From: Rhizaria sp. SCN 62-66
Taxonomy: Eukaryota
DNA: 64,000 bases
Direction of reading: 5' to 3'
Assembly: GCA_001724265.1 (NCBI GenBank)
Contig: MEDY01000017.1
Span: forward strand, 62,001 to 126,000
Position 1 is the first letter of the stretch; the number at the start of each line of letters is the position of its first letter. Below are positions 22,201-34,801 of this stretch, piece after piece. Under the pieces are notes generated by a model. It worked only from the letters and a program-made list of their open reading frames with translations. It was not told the DNA's origin and made no database searches. A program made the position numbers and the translations under genes.

Positions 22201-25200
22201 CGCAGTGACGCTGGTGTTTATGCGCGGAGTGAGATCATGCAATAAAAATAGTGCGTTACACCAACGAAGTCCTGCATTTTTCTCAGCAGCACTGGAGTCG
22301 AAAATCGGAATCGACGCGAGCAGGTGCGCAACAGACACGTTAACTTGAGTCAAGACACGTAGCCTATCAACATCACCTTTACGTTGGAGCGCAGATACAC
22401 CAGTCACGGGGTGTAAGTTTGCCGAAACAAGGGCGCTGTCGGGCATCAAAGCAACGCCCGCGACAGGGCTCACAACGCCCAGAGCGGCGAGGCCTGCCAG
22501 CGCAGTCGACGCACCTCGCTGGCGCGCATTAGTTTGCAAGGTTGCGGCGACGGTCGGTGTGAGCGCATCCGCGGCATCTGGTAACGACAATAGCAGGTGA
22601 GCAATTGCGCCCACTGTCATACCGCTGCACAGTGCCGCAGCGTCGCTTTGCGTCTGACCCGGCAAAGCGATGTCGGAGTGCGGTGGCGACAGAGCCACAG
22701 TTGTGTGATGTGGCGTGATTAGTGCAAACAGCGCCAGATCTGATGGTGAAGGGTCGGTCCAGCACAGCTCAGTAGGGGGTTTCGCAGCTGTATCTGTGCT
22801 GACGTGCTCATCACTGCGCACGCGCTCAAGCGCAAACTGTGTGCCAACACCCAGATGTACAAGCAGCGATGCCGCGCCTCCAGCGCGCGCCAACTGTGTG
22901 AAACATGGCAACGATACTGTCAACGCCTCTGCTGCGTGTTTACCTGTCATAGCATTAAGCTGCGCCAATGGAGACAGGAGACGTGGAAGACCTGGCACTG
23001 TTGTACGCGCACACACAGCAGCTTCTGCGGGGTCTTGCGACAAAGATAAAGTCATGCCTGCGCTCGCAACCACGCCTGGCGCGCCCATGCCTGAGACTGT
23101 GGGGGAAAATAACGCTGACCGCGTCACAGCTGCAGCATCTAACACTGTAACGCGCGTCACCGTGCGCGTCCAAAGACGCAACGGCCGACGTACTGAGCCC
23201 AGTGACTGTGATGTTATGGCTGAGAGTGCAAGCGGGGCCACTGCAGAGATGGCCGGCGTAACAGTAAGCACAAGGCGACGTACAAGCCGACGCTCAGACA
23301 AAGATGTGCTGTCGTTGGAAACTCCGGTGGGACTCGTCGAAAGCGATGGCGTCGCAAGTTCAGATACGGGTGACGGCACTGCAGCAGTCGGTGCAGAGCC
23401 AAACGGATGAGCCGCCCACTGCCACCAAGTACGGCCACCAGGGCTCAACACAGACGCAGATGAATTGGTCGCGGAAGACATACTCGCACGAGCAGCCTCG
23501 AGCGCGCAGTCCTCGCAGTCAGGGATGCGGGGCGGTTCACAGAGCTCTGCAGTCACAGTGAGCACTAATGGCATCACGGTTGCGCCATTACTGTCACTCG
23601 CGGTTGTCAACTGTGGCGGTGCCCCAGTAAAACCGCCAGTCGCCGTCGCCCAAACCACAGTCCGCACAAGCACGCCCAGTGGCAGCTCTTCCCCATTGGC
23701 AACTTGTACGCTACTCTCGGGCTTAGAAGTGGTCGTCGTCTCCGCTGCAGTCGGTGCCGCAGCGCACTTTGTGCGCGACTGCGTGCGAGAGAGTGATCGT
23801 GACGTCGATCGCGAATTGGCGCGCGATAAAGAAGGCGCGGGCGTTGTCGGCGTCCCACCAGAAGCAGCTGGTGTTAAAGCGCCATCGCGGAGCACTCGGC
23901 TTTGCGAGCGGCTGATGGCTGGTGTTCCCGGCTTAGATGAAGCAGGTGTGCGCGCAGGTGACAATAACGTGGGGTCAAATAAACTCATCACGCTCTCTGT
24001 GTCACTGTAGTCATCATGTGCGTCGTCGCAACCACTGCTATAATCGCTTCTATAGTCATTACCTTGGTCGCCACCATGCTCATTGTCAACATCGCTTGAC
24101 TCAAAGTCGCCGCGGGCGTCAATGCTATCATAGACACCCATGGGCGCACTGGTGAACATTGACACCTCTGCTCTCGCGATGCTCGAAGGTACGTGTGAGG
24201 CGTGGTGGCGGTGTTTGCTCTTTGGTGCAAGTAATGTCGGATATAGCGCTGTGACAATGGCTGCAGGTAATACCGTCCTGTAAACAGTACCTGTTCCCTC
24301 TGATAGCGACAATGCAACATGTGGTGCAAAGCCAGTCTTTTTCTGTCTCTCTGGTGTCACCAGCAGTGCAGTCTGTGTTCGCGCCAACGAGCCTCCAAGC
24401 CAGTGCATACTATTGCATGTCGTCGTTGCAGCTTCACCGCCGTCATCCACTGTGAGTTTCACTGTGAGTGGTGTTACGTTGCGCAGCACGCGCAATGGTG
24501 TCACTGAAACTGATACAGTTGCACCAACACTCGCAGCATCACCTGCTGTGGTCGCGCTACAAATATGCCGAGGCAAAACTGTAAGTAAAGCAGTGGAAAC
24601 TGCAGTTGATGGTGTAATCGTCAGCGCACCAGCAGGCCCTACAGGTCCTACAAGCCACTGGGACGCGCGGTCAACTGAGCGGCGCAGCTGCTGCGCCAGC
24701 CTCTGCAGCTGATCTGGAGCAGCGGCCGCCAATGCGAGTGCAGTCGCGGCACCACGGGAGCCCGCTGGGTGTGTAGAGTGAGGCAAAATAGGCTCACTGT
24801 CCGTGTCGCCCGTGAATATGTGCGCCACTGCGGCCGTCTCTGCGCAAGGAGCAACGGATAACATCAACGGTATTGTTGGCACTGGAAGTGCAAGGTCCGA
24901 GGACCCATCGCGCGGGGCAGTCGTAAGATCAAACGACAAGTTGAATTTTGTCTCATCTGCAGTTGAAGTTGGCGTAACCCTAAGCGTTGACTCCCACGGC
25001 AGGCTTGCTCCACTTGCCCAGTCAGCCAGTCCACCAGCAAGCGTACTGCTCGCCTCAATGCGTGGAGTTTCTTCCGTATGCGCCGAAGTCACAAGCGCAG
25101 GAGTAGTAAACCGTCGCTGTGCCGAAGTCGTTGTGGTTGCAATCTTTGCCGCAGCCTCGACCTCTGCACAAGCAGTGGCAAGTAGTGGAAGCAGAGGCAC

Positions 25201-28200
25201 AATAGATGAGCGCACAGAGCCAGTAGTCGTAGTTGTAGATGTGAAACGAAGTGCAGACGGGATTGTGATAGTAACTGGTGCCACGCGCACAACAAGGTGG
25301 CCACCAAACGGGGGAGCAAGCGTGGGACCTTGAGAGGGCAAAATTGAGACTGAGACGCGTGCTGGTTCGATGACAGTGTGCGCTGCGCAATGTGTCGTGT
25401 TGGTGCGCAGAGCAGGTACTGAGACTGAAAGTGCAAAGCCAACAGCTGCCAGCTGCAAGGGTCCGTTATCAAGGCCCATTAGGGCAATGCGGGGAGTAAG
25501 TGTGCGGATTAAGTTGGGTGCAACAAACTTAAGTGCTTCTGCATAAATTGCCGGCTGGCCTGACTTGTACAAACGCTGCAGTTCGGTTAAAGCCAAATGT
25601 GAGGAGTTGAGATTTGTTACTGTGCAAAATAAGACCGGAGACTCCGTGCAAATCAAACTGGGTGGTTGAGCTGTAGATGATACACGTGCGGTGCCAGTCT
25701 CATGCTGAGCAACAGTAATAGCCACATCAATCGGCGCCGTCGCCGTGAGAGCATATGATGTACGCAGTGTGTCAACTGCAAAAGCAGCACCAGATGTAGT
25801 GGATGCACCCGTGAGTAGCAGTCCGCGGCATGCTGTTGCAAACAAACTGCATACAGCGTCCTCAGCAGACTTCGTTGTAGCTAATGCCGCAGTGGCTCTA
25901 TCGTAGTCGGTAGCATCTTGCTGTACGCATGATCCCATGTGTGGCAACAACACTGCTGCATCAATCGTTACAATCCATGCACGCGCGCACACAGGTGTTG
26001 ATCCGTCGCGTGAGACAGCATTATCAAGATCACGCCTGTCCGCGTCAGCTGCCTCATTAAGCGCCTCGTCATCATCTGGCAGAAACGAAACTCCCGCGCT
26101 ATGCGTGCTAAATAATGCATTTGCATCAATAGTCATTGAAAACCCCTTTTCAAGTTCACAGGCCCCATCTTCAGCTTCAGTAGAACCAGTGTTTGCGTTC
26201 GTAATAGCTAGCATGGACTCAATGGGTGCATCCGCAAGGGAACACGGAACTGGCAGTGCGGTCACCGTGATTTGCGGCCCGTGGGTGCTAGTGATTGGAA
26301 GCAAGGTTGCAATCATTGCTGCACATGCTTCTGCCTCTTCAACAGCAGCGGCATCAGCCACACTCACAATAGCCGTGGGCATAGTTGTTGTTGAAGCGGG
26401 CGCCAAGCGTGTAAGGCACACAGGGGCAGGAAATCGCATGAGCGCCGTATACCGCACACGAGGATGCATAGCAGCAGCCGCAATGATTGGTGAGGTGGCG
26501 CCATCGTCAGCAAGAGGTGTAGGATGAACGGCAATCGTAGACTCTGTCGTCGCAAGCGACAGGAGTGGCGCAACGAGAGTGTCCTGGAATGAGCTTGGCG
26601 CTACGCTGGGAGATGTTTGTGCTGGGACATTCGGCTTGGGCTATGTGAACGATCGACTTGTGCGTGGAGCAACTGTACCGAAAAATGCAATTGCCGGAAC
26701 GATTTGCGCCGCAGCTAGTGGAACGGATGTGATAAGACCAGTAATAGCGCCAAACAGTCGTGAAGGAATCGAGAGCGAAATGCGAGACCTGAGTCCAGAT
26801 GCTGCTGACGCGGGACAGAGAGTCAACCGCAACGAGTGTGAGCTGTCGACGCATGCGCTGTTGTCCGACATAATGCGAGCGGAGCGCAATGAACGCAGAG
26901 CAACGGTGACGGGTGACAATAAAGGAGTGATGCGAGGTTGCTGCGCCGCGACGTCAGGTGCATCAATCAGTGCGATAGTGAGCACTGGGCCCTCTGTCAA
27001 AGCGCTTGGTCCCGAGCCAGTTACAGACAGATTCATCGTGTCTTCCCATATTAGTCCGAACAGTCCACGCACTTCGGGTTCAGCTGAAGGTGATGATTGT
27101 TCTGACTGAGGATGAGATGGAGGATGAGAAGATGGAGACACACTCGCAGACGGTGCATCAGCAGTTCTCACGGCATCGGTTGGGCGGCTGCGCCAGGGTG
27201 AGCGTGCAGTGTCAAACCGTACAGTTCCAGCGCCAACAGTCAGCTGCATAACAGAGCCTGGCAACCGTGCACGCCGTTGCGGATCCGACAATACGTTTGC
27301 GATTGGCAGCGGGCCAAGCGCAACGCTTAGACCACCAAAGACAACGCGTGCTTTAACCTCTTGATCGAGCAGCTGCTGCAATACAGCTGCAGCAGGAGCT
27401 GAGGCGGTACTTGGTGACGCTGGTGAGCTCGTCGAGAGCACAGGGGTCTCACCCCACAATGCCGCTGCAGCAGCAGTCAACGCCGTAAGCGCGTTTGCTA
27501 CAGTGGGCGCAACCGCGGCAAGCGTGGAGGTTGCTGCGAAGATATCAGCTGTGGCAGCCACCGCACCAAGGCGCGCGCCCACATCGAGGTGTGCCAGCAG
27601 GGGCGACACAGACGTTGCTGCTCTAGATGGGAGGCGTGCCACAGGTTGAAAACGGCACAATGCGCGAAACACGGTGGGTGGAGATGGTGGTGATGCCGCA
27701 GCGTCGGTCAGTGCTGGCACTTGAATCGGCTTCCAAGTGAGTGAAAACAAGGCACGCGAGCTGCTTGCAGGTGCGCATCGTGTGCTGCTATAAGTAACCG
27801 CGGCATTGGAGCTCTTCGTTGGTAAAGACTTCTCTTCGTTTTTAGTCTGAGGTTCTGCGTGTGTCTCTGCCGGAACGCGTGCAGCCTTCGTGGTTTGAGA
27901 TATAGGAGAGACTGTTGACAGAGTTGCAGCAAGCGGCAGAGACTCAATAACAGCAGTAAATGCGCTGCTGTACACAGGTACCTGGCGAGAAAAGTTCAAT
28001 CGGCCACCTTGCCACCGCAGGCGCGCCTCGACAACGGGAGATGTTTTGAGATAAAGTGCTGCATCAAGACCGAGACACGTGATCGTCAGAGCCGAAACGC
28101 CATCCAGCGCGTGGTGAGCGCCGGTCTGCTGAGGCAGCATTGGCGACGCATCTTCATGTGTTGCTGTTGTTGAAATACACGCCGTGTTGCCCTTCGATAG

Positions 28201-31200
28201 CATCGAGCGGACCATGTTGGCAGCCCCTGTTGATACAGCAGCAATTGCATGTTGAATCATCAGCATCACAGCAAGCCCCGACGATAGCAAGAATAGCGCG
28301 TTCGCAGGGAGCACGTCAGCGCTGACTTTCACACCAGCCGCGTCTACTGCAGCGCCAAGTGACAGAGTCTCAACTGTGGCAGCAACGGCAACCGCAACAG
28401 GTGCCGGGCCAGAAGCAGTCAGTGCAGGTGCGGGCGTAAGAGTAAATTTGACGCCGGGCAGCACCAGTCGCACGTTATCACCACTCAGTCCTGTAGATGC
28501 GGTACTCAATGTCAGGGTTGGCGGCAAAAGTGTAAGAGCCAGATGACTGTGAGCGCAGCCAACACCTGCAGCGCCTGAACCACCGGCCGCCATTGCAACA
28601 GCGGCCGCAGCCGCTGACACAGCTGCCGCGTGCGCTTGGCGCCGTTGCTGTTCTAGCTACAACTGCAGCTGGTGCTGCTCGGGGCTCTGTGAGAGCGTGA
28701 GTGAGCGCGGAAAAACTGGCGGCGGTCCATGAAGCAACGCCGCGTTATGCTGAAAGAAGGCAACATGGCGCAGCACCGCACCGACAGGAGGTACTGCACC
28801 TGCTGCAGCGGTGGCCTCAGGTGCTGTAGGTGGCGGGCGCGGGAAAGGAAGCGTCTGCAACGCGCGAGACAGCATTGGTGCGAGTGATGTGATGCATGCA
28901 GATGAAGCAGCTGATGCGGCTACAATCACGGCCGCTGGAACCGGCCCCTGGGGTGTCTGGATGTGATGTGTGGCTGGTGATGGCAAAAGCAACGGCAAAG
29001 AGACCACATGCGCGCCGGGAATAGATAGAGCGGCTGCGTGTGCGCCTGTGCCGGCAGAAATAGGCGCAAGCCCAACGTTGATGCTCGAAGGCGCTAGTAC
29101 CCAGAAGGCATCGCTTGCGGCCATATCGACCAAAGGAGGAACAGTGGTGTGAGTGGGCGCTGATGTTGAAGCTGTGGAAACGTTTTGCGGAGGGATCAGC
29201 GCAGGAGGTAATAGCGGCAGCGATGCTGCAACGGCGAATAGTGATGCAATCAAGGGTGCAAACTCCATCGGTGATACGTGCATGCTAATGCCCGCAACAG
29301 CGCCCAGAGTAACTAAGCGTGGCAATGCAACCACAGTGCCGCGCAATCGCGGAGCTGCCGAGAAAGACGAGACTGCGGTCATACCTCCCCAGTCAAGAAC
29401 GCGTGGAAACGCCATGCGTCGTGCAGTCACAGACATAAGCGTGTCAGCATACGATGTTGGCTCGCGTGACGTGGGTGATACGACAAACGGTGGCACGGTC
29501 GTTGTTAGCGCAACCCAGCCTGCAGACAGTGGTCCAACAGAGAGGGCCGTCACGTTGTGTGACGCGGAGCTGTCCAATGCGCTCGCCATTGCAAGGCTCG
29601 AGGGCTGGGGAAACTGACGCAAAGACACGAAAGATAGCCGTAGCAGCAGCGCACGCGTCGACACGGTAGTAGATGTGGCAGCCATCTTGGTGCTTGAGTT
29701 AGCGGGCTCCGCAGCACGTGGCATCCTAACCGCAAGAGTAAGCTCTGACACGGTGATGGCAATGGGAGTTGCAACAGACACCAGCGCGTCGGTCATCGCA
29801 GCGGGTGCTGGTGCAAACGGGGATGTAAACGGACTCGGTGTTGCAGGAGCGACAGCCGCCGCAGTAGTTGTAGCAGCTGCGCCCGCATCAACTGGCGTCG
29901 GGCGAGCAGCCTTGGCAGTAGCAGCGGAGCTCGCAAACGCCGTAAACGCCGGTGTGCTCAAAGTCGCTGCGATGCTGCGCAGCGCGCGTAGCAGCACAGG
30001 TTCCTCGCCGTCGGAGGCTCCGCATGGCCCAGCAAGGTCGAGAAACACTCGACCGGTACCAACGGTGACCGTAGTACTCACAGTCGCACCCTGCGCAACG
30101 CCTGACCCGGCCCCCACCCCCGCCGCCGCGGCAGCGGTGGCGGAGGCGGCGGCGGCGGGGCTTGTAGCGCCAGCTGCTGCTGCAGCTGCATAGGGCGCTG
30201 AAGCCGTGCGTGAAATCCGAAGCGCGCATGCGTGTGGCAGCGGATAAATCACCGCTGCGCCCGTCGCGGGGTGCGGTGGCGCAAGCGGCGGGGTCAGTGC
30301 GGCCCAGAGATCTTCGAGCGCGACACGCACGCGGCGTGAACCGAGGCGAGTCGCGACAGAGTGACACGCGAAGAGCGACAGCGGCAAAGTCGCGGGAAGT
30401 GGTGTCATAGCACCAGCAGCCAAAGGCAGCGCGGGCGAAGCATCGAGTGGTAAAAGTGGTTGCACAATGTGCTCAGGTCCCCACACTGCAACTACAGTAG
30501 TAGACAGCGTGTTGTCAAGACTATCCCTCTCCAATGCAACCACGTCAATCGAAGCGCGAGCGTGTTGCTAATGCGTTAGCAATGCGAGGGCACCGAATGA
30601 TAGCGTGAACAGCGGACCAGGGTGTGCCAACGCGCGCAGTGGCGTGCGAGACGAACGCGGGTCGGCGCGGTGCGTACATAGCGGTAATAACACCGCACGT
30701 GAACGCGCGTGTGCGGGAGCACCTCGCGCGCGACGGCCACCAAGAGGGGGCAGACCGCCGCACGCGCCGTTGTCGCCGTCGTTGTTGTCGTCGTCTTCGT
30801 CCTCGTCATCGTAGTCCTCGTCGTCCTCGTCATCAACAGCAGCGTTGCTTGAGGCGCCGGGACGGCATGTGTCATACGGCATCAGGAGCGGCAGCGGGAC
30901 GCGTGGCAAGCGCAGCGGCAGAGGCAACAGTACCCCGCCGTCGCCCGCAATCGCGGCGTCGTGCCAGGGCTGGTGCGTAAGCGTTGTGCCCGCGGGGACC
31001 ACATCGAGCACATTAGCCACCGCTGCTGCACCGCTCGCGTATACACTGCGCGCGCGTTGCCGCCCAGCACTCGTCGCAGCGGCGTCGCCACCGTCGTCGT
31101 CGAGGAGTCCGCTGACGGAAAGCATAGCGTCGTTCAGAGAAGCGGCCGCAGCCGTCGCTGCAGCTGCTGTTTCCGCAGCATCCGCAGGAACCAACGCTGC

Positions 31201-34200
31201 CGCAACAGGACACGGCAGTGGTGCAGTCAGTGCTAAAGATATCAAAGACAGTCGCAGAGTCAACATCGGAGTCGCGTGTTGTGCGGAAAGTACACGCGGC
31301 TTTTGTGTGTGATTGGTGCGTGAACTAAGTGCTACGCATGCAGGCAGTGAAATAAGCTCCCACAGAAACGCCGCCAACGACGGCGACACAGAAGCAATCG
31401 CGCGAGTAACCGCACTCATCGGGCCGTCGTCGCTCGCTTTCACCGAGGCAGGTGCAGTCGACAAAGAGCTCGCCTGCTCATGCATACTCGCGCGAGTGCG
31501 GCTCTCAGAACCAGTACTGCCCGCAGAGTTGCGGCGCGCAGCAACAGCAGCAGCGTAAGCGGCGGCAAAAGGCAACGGCGCGCGGCGCACAGTCACATGT
31601 ACTGCAACAGGCACGCGGGCTGCCGTTGAATTCTTTGCTTCAGCGGCTGTGGTAGGAGCAGGCATGTCACGGCACCAAACAACGGCAGCACCGGGAGCGT
31701 TTGCACTCACAGTCACGATATGGACAGGAGCAAATGGCAGGACGCGCCGCGCAAGCTCCGCGCGCTGAGCGCTTACGTCGCGCTCTAAGGCTGCGTAGGC
31801 TGCGTTGTTGCCGCGCGCGCCACGCGGCGCGGCTGCGCGCGGCGGGGACTGTGGCTCATCCTCAGACAGGCTCATCAGCGTGAGCGCGCTGATCGAAGAC
31901 GTGATGCCGCTGAGAAACCCCGACGCGGCGCCAGGTCGCTGCCGCACGGGCGGGGTCGCCAACACAGAGCGCGGCACGGCAGGGCCTGAGCCCGCGCCGC
32001 TGTCAGGCGCAAACGAGCAGGCTGACGCAACTGCGGCCGCGGCCAGCATAGCCGCTTCGGAGTCCAAATCAGTTAGCACGTCGGGTCGCTGTGGCAATGT
32101 GGAAGGTGCGGGAGCGAATGGTACGCTGTTGCTATCAGGCAATGGAGATGCGACAGACGAAGGTCCAGCTGCAAGAGAAGACAGCAGCTCAATCAGGTGT
32201 GACTCGGTGAACGCACGTAACTGCTGCGGGCGCAGCGCCACTGCAAGTGTGGTTTCAGCCGCAAGCGCAATCGCCACGGCAGGTCCTGCGGGCGCTGACG
32301 GTAGCTGTGATGTGTCCCTGTCAAGCTCAAACCCCAACCAAGGATGCACTGCGGTGCCACACGCCGCTGCCGCCACACCGGGGTCGTTATCAATGCTTCC
32401 GCTGTCAGCGCTTCTAGGCGTTCCAGATTGCGTTGGGGAGAGACATGCGGCGGCCCAGGAAGCAACGCAGGCTAAATGCGCAGTTACACGGATGCGCACG
32501 TTGAACGGGCTTAACACACAGTCCGTCCCATAAAACCCACGCATTGCAGGCCTCGAAACTGGCGCCTTCTTAGCAGTTGTGCTCGACGATGTGGTTGCAC
32601 GCGATGCGGCGTTAGTTGCGCGTTGCGTGCGTGCTTTCCGCGGTGGACATGTCGAGATGTAAATCGCTAGCCCACGGACGCGAATCTCGCGGTGCACACG
32701 CAGCCAGGGGCCCGCAGGCACTGCAAACGCCTCGGTCCACTCGGGTGCATCCGCAAACACGCCACGCTGCGCAGCGCTGACGGGGCCACGTGGCGGTTGG
32801 GTGGAGTGCGCTGCCGACTGAGGGGCAGCACTCTGAGGAGGTGCAAGAGGAGCAGAACGCGATGATGCCGAAGAATGGTTTGGCGCTGAAGCTGAAGCAA
32901 ATGCTGTGGTCTGCAGCCCAGGTCCCGGCAGCAGTGGTGGAGGAGGCAGCGGGCCGTGCTGTCGGCCAGCGTCAGCGCTGTTCACATTCGAGTTTGAGTC
33001 AGCAGGTAGCATAGTGAGTGGGTCGTCCAGTTCAGAAGGCAACTCACCACGTATCGCACTCAGAAACGAGCCAAAATACGATGCCACCTGCGCAGCAGAC
33101 TGCGCGGCGCTGGTTGCAAGACCGGGGCCAGTGGCGGCGCGCCGGACCGTGGGTTGGGGCGGCGCCGCGGCAATTGCTGCAGTCGCCGTGGCGCTAATTG
33201 CAGCGGTTGTGGCGGTATCTGGGTCAATCAGAGCAGACAGGCTCTCTGCGTTTGTGGTAGTGCGGGATAGGGTGTTTAAGCCGGTGGCAGTAGCCGTAAA
33301 GCCAGTATTGCCTACACCCACGGGATGAGTGTGAGTGGAAGAGCCGGGAACAAAGCCAGTATTCTGTACTGAACCGGTTCCTGGTGTGCCTGGTTCACAG
33401 TCGCCGTCGGTGTCAGTCTCCTGCTCAGAGTCGCAGTCGGAAAGGCCCTCGTGCGGTGTCGTCACTACAGAGTCGATGTCGCCATCGTCGTTGGCAATTA
33501 CAGCGGATTTAGTCGCGCTAACGCCAGCGGGTGGCGACTGCGACTGCGTCACAGGTGCAGGCTGGGTGGCAGACGCAGAGGCGCCAGCGGCAGCTGTCGC
33601 GGGGGCAAAAGTAGCACCAACAGGAGCGGCAGTGGGCGGCGTAACAATAGCACGCGGGCGCGCAAGAGAGAACAAACGCTCACGCGTGGACTTACCGGAG
33701 GTTGCAGTCGACGCGGCGGTCTTGCTTCCATCATGAGAGACAGCAGAGTCTGTAGACACAGCGCTAGGAACAGTCTGCGTTGCAGCGGCACCAGTGCGGG
33801 CGCCCTTCGTGGGTCCAGTAGAGGGGAATGTGCGTAACTGCGCAAGCTCGAGAGTGGCTTCAAGTCCGGTCGCTGGCTCAACGTAGCGGAGCCGCACGTT
33901 GGTTAGGCGAGCAACGACGTTTGCCGCAATGTCGCGCGCCGCGTGCTAGAGCATCGCGCTCGCCGCCGCTGCGGTTGTCACGTGCGCCGCGCCACCGCCA
34001 ATGTCCGGCGCGGGCGACGCTGGCGTTGGCAGGGGAGTGGGGGGCAGCACGGGCGGCGAGAGTGGTGAGGCAGCGGTGGCAGATGCGGCAGAGCCGTTGG
34101 GCGGGGTGGCAAGCTAGAGCGTGATCTCAAGCCCGTCGACGTGCACAACGGTTGACGATGAGAAAAGACGTGACCATGGTACGTCGACGTTCAACGCCTT

Positions 34201-34482
34201 GATCGAGGCGTTTGTGATGCGGAGCCCAGGGGGCAACGGGAGGACATCGGCGAGAGCTGCAAAGCGTGCGACACAGGTGACAAACAGTGAGATGAGCAAA
34301 GATATTGAAGGGTACGTAGAGACAGTTGAGATAAATTCAAAGAACTGGGGCGTACCTTCTGTTTTTACGCGAAGATTCTCAAGGGAGATCTTGCCTGACC
34401 AAAGGGAGAGCTTGGTATCGACGTCGTAAAAGTACTTGTGTGTGTACTTTTGCCAGAGCCCCGAGAGGAAACCCTGCAACAT
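19273..34482 (-). CDS. VPS13: VPS13-like (chorein-N) bridge-like lipid transfer protein, about 5036 aa if one intron is removed and five in-frame TAG codons are read as sense
   Basis: After splicing 34257..34355 the N-terminus reads MLQGFLSGLWQKYTHKYFYDVDTKLSLWSGKISLENLRVKTEALADVLPLPPGLRITNASIKALNVDVPWSRLFSSSTVVHVDGLEITL (chorein-N), later DIAANVVARLTNVRLRYVE. ORF pieces 34114..34482, 30568..33897, 28657..30543, 26641..28620 and 19273..26469 share one frame and are separated only by TAG. VAB-like repeats (RVLRNVTPLTV, VVLVNATPLELRV) occur. Ends TGA. Confidence 0.8.
34257..34355 (-). other. Spliceosomal intron in the VPS13-like gene (99 nt, phase 1)
   Basis: GTACGC...TTTGCAG and pyrimidine-rich. 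Removing it restores the chorein-N spacing (LRVKTE-ALADVL). Confidence 0.8.
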
Positions 34483-34801
34483 CTGTACCGAACGACCCTT
34501 GAGCTTGACAGAACTGCTAAAAAGTGGAAATAAGTGTCGCTATTGTAAGTTTTGCGGGAGGTGTGTGGAATCTAATTTGACGGATGCTGGAGCGAACGCA
34601 AAAGGTCTTCAATCAGCTGACCACGAACGGCTCTTTGGGCTCCCTCACTCGTCGCACGCTGACTGAGCATCGAACAAAATCATGTCTCGCCACTTGAAAC
34701 CAATAATAAAAGGAACAGTTCTGTATTTTTTTAGTTGTTTCGTACGTTATTGTATAATAAATTCAAATAATGATCTTCCAGACACCCTCAATCGAGTTCG
34801 C

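Noticed and set aside
26641-34116. In-frame TAGs as 3' splice sites of phase-0 introns
   Set aside because: Sequence upstream of each TAG is GC-rich and coding-like (conserved chorein-N for 34114). It lacks the nearby GTAC donor and pyrimidine/AT-rich body of the six inferred introns. Not formally excluded without RNA data.
19273-34482. Five separate genes, as implied by the ORF track
   Set aside because: The pieces share one frame, several lack an ATG start, no AT-rich spacers separate them, and chorein motifs continue across the breaks.
19273-34482. VPS13 pseudogene with nonsense mutations
   Set aside because: Disfavoured rather than excluded: decay should also give TAA, TGA and frameshifts over 15 kb, yet all five breaks are TAG, a second gene shows the same, and no gene here ends in TAG.
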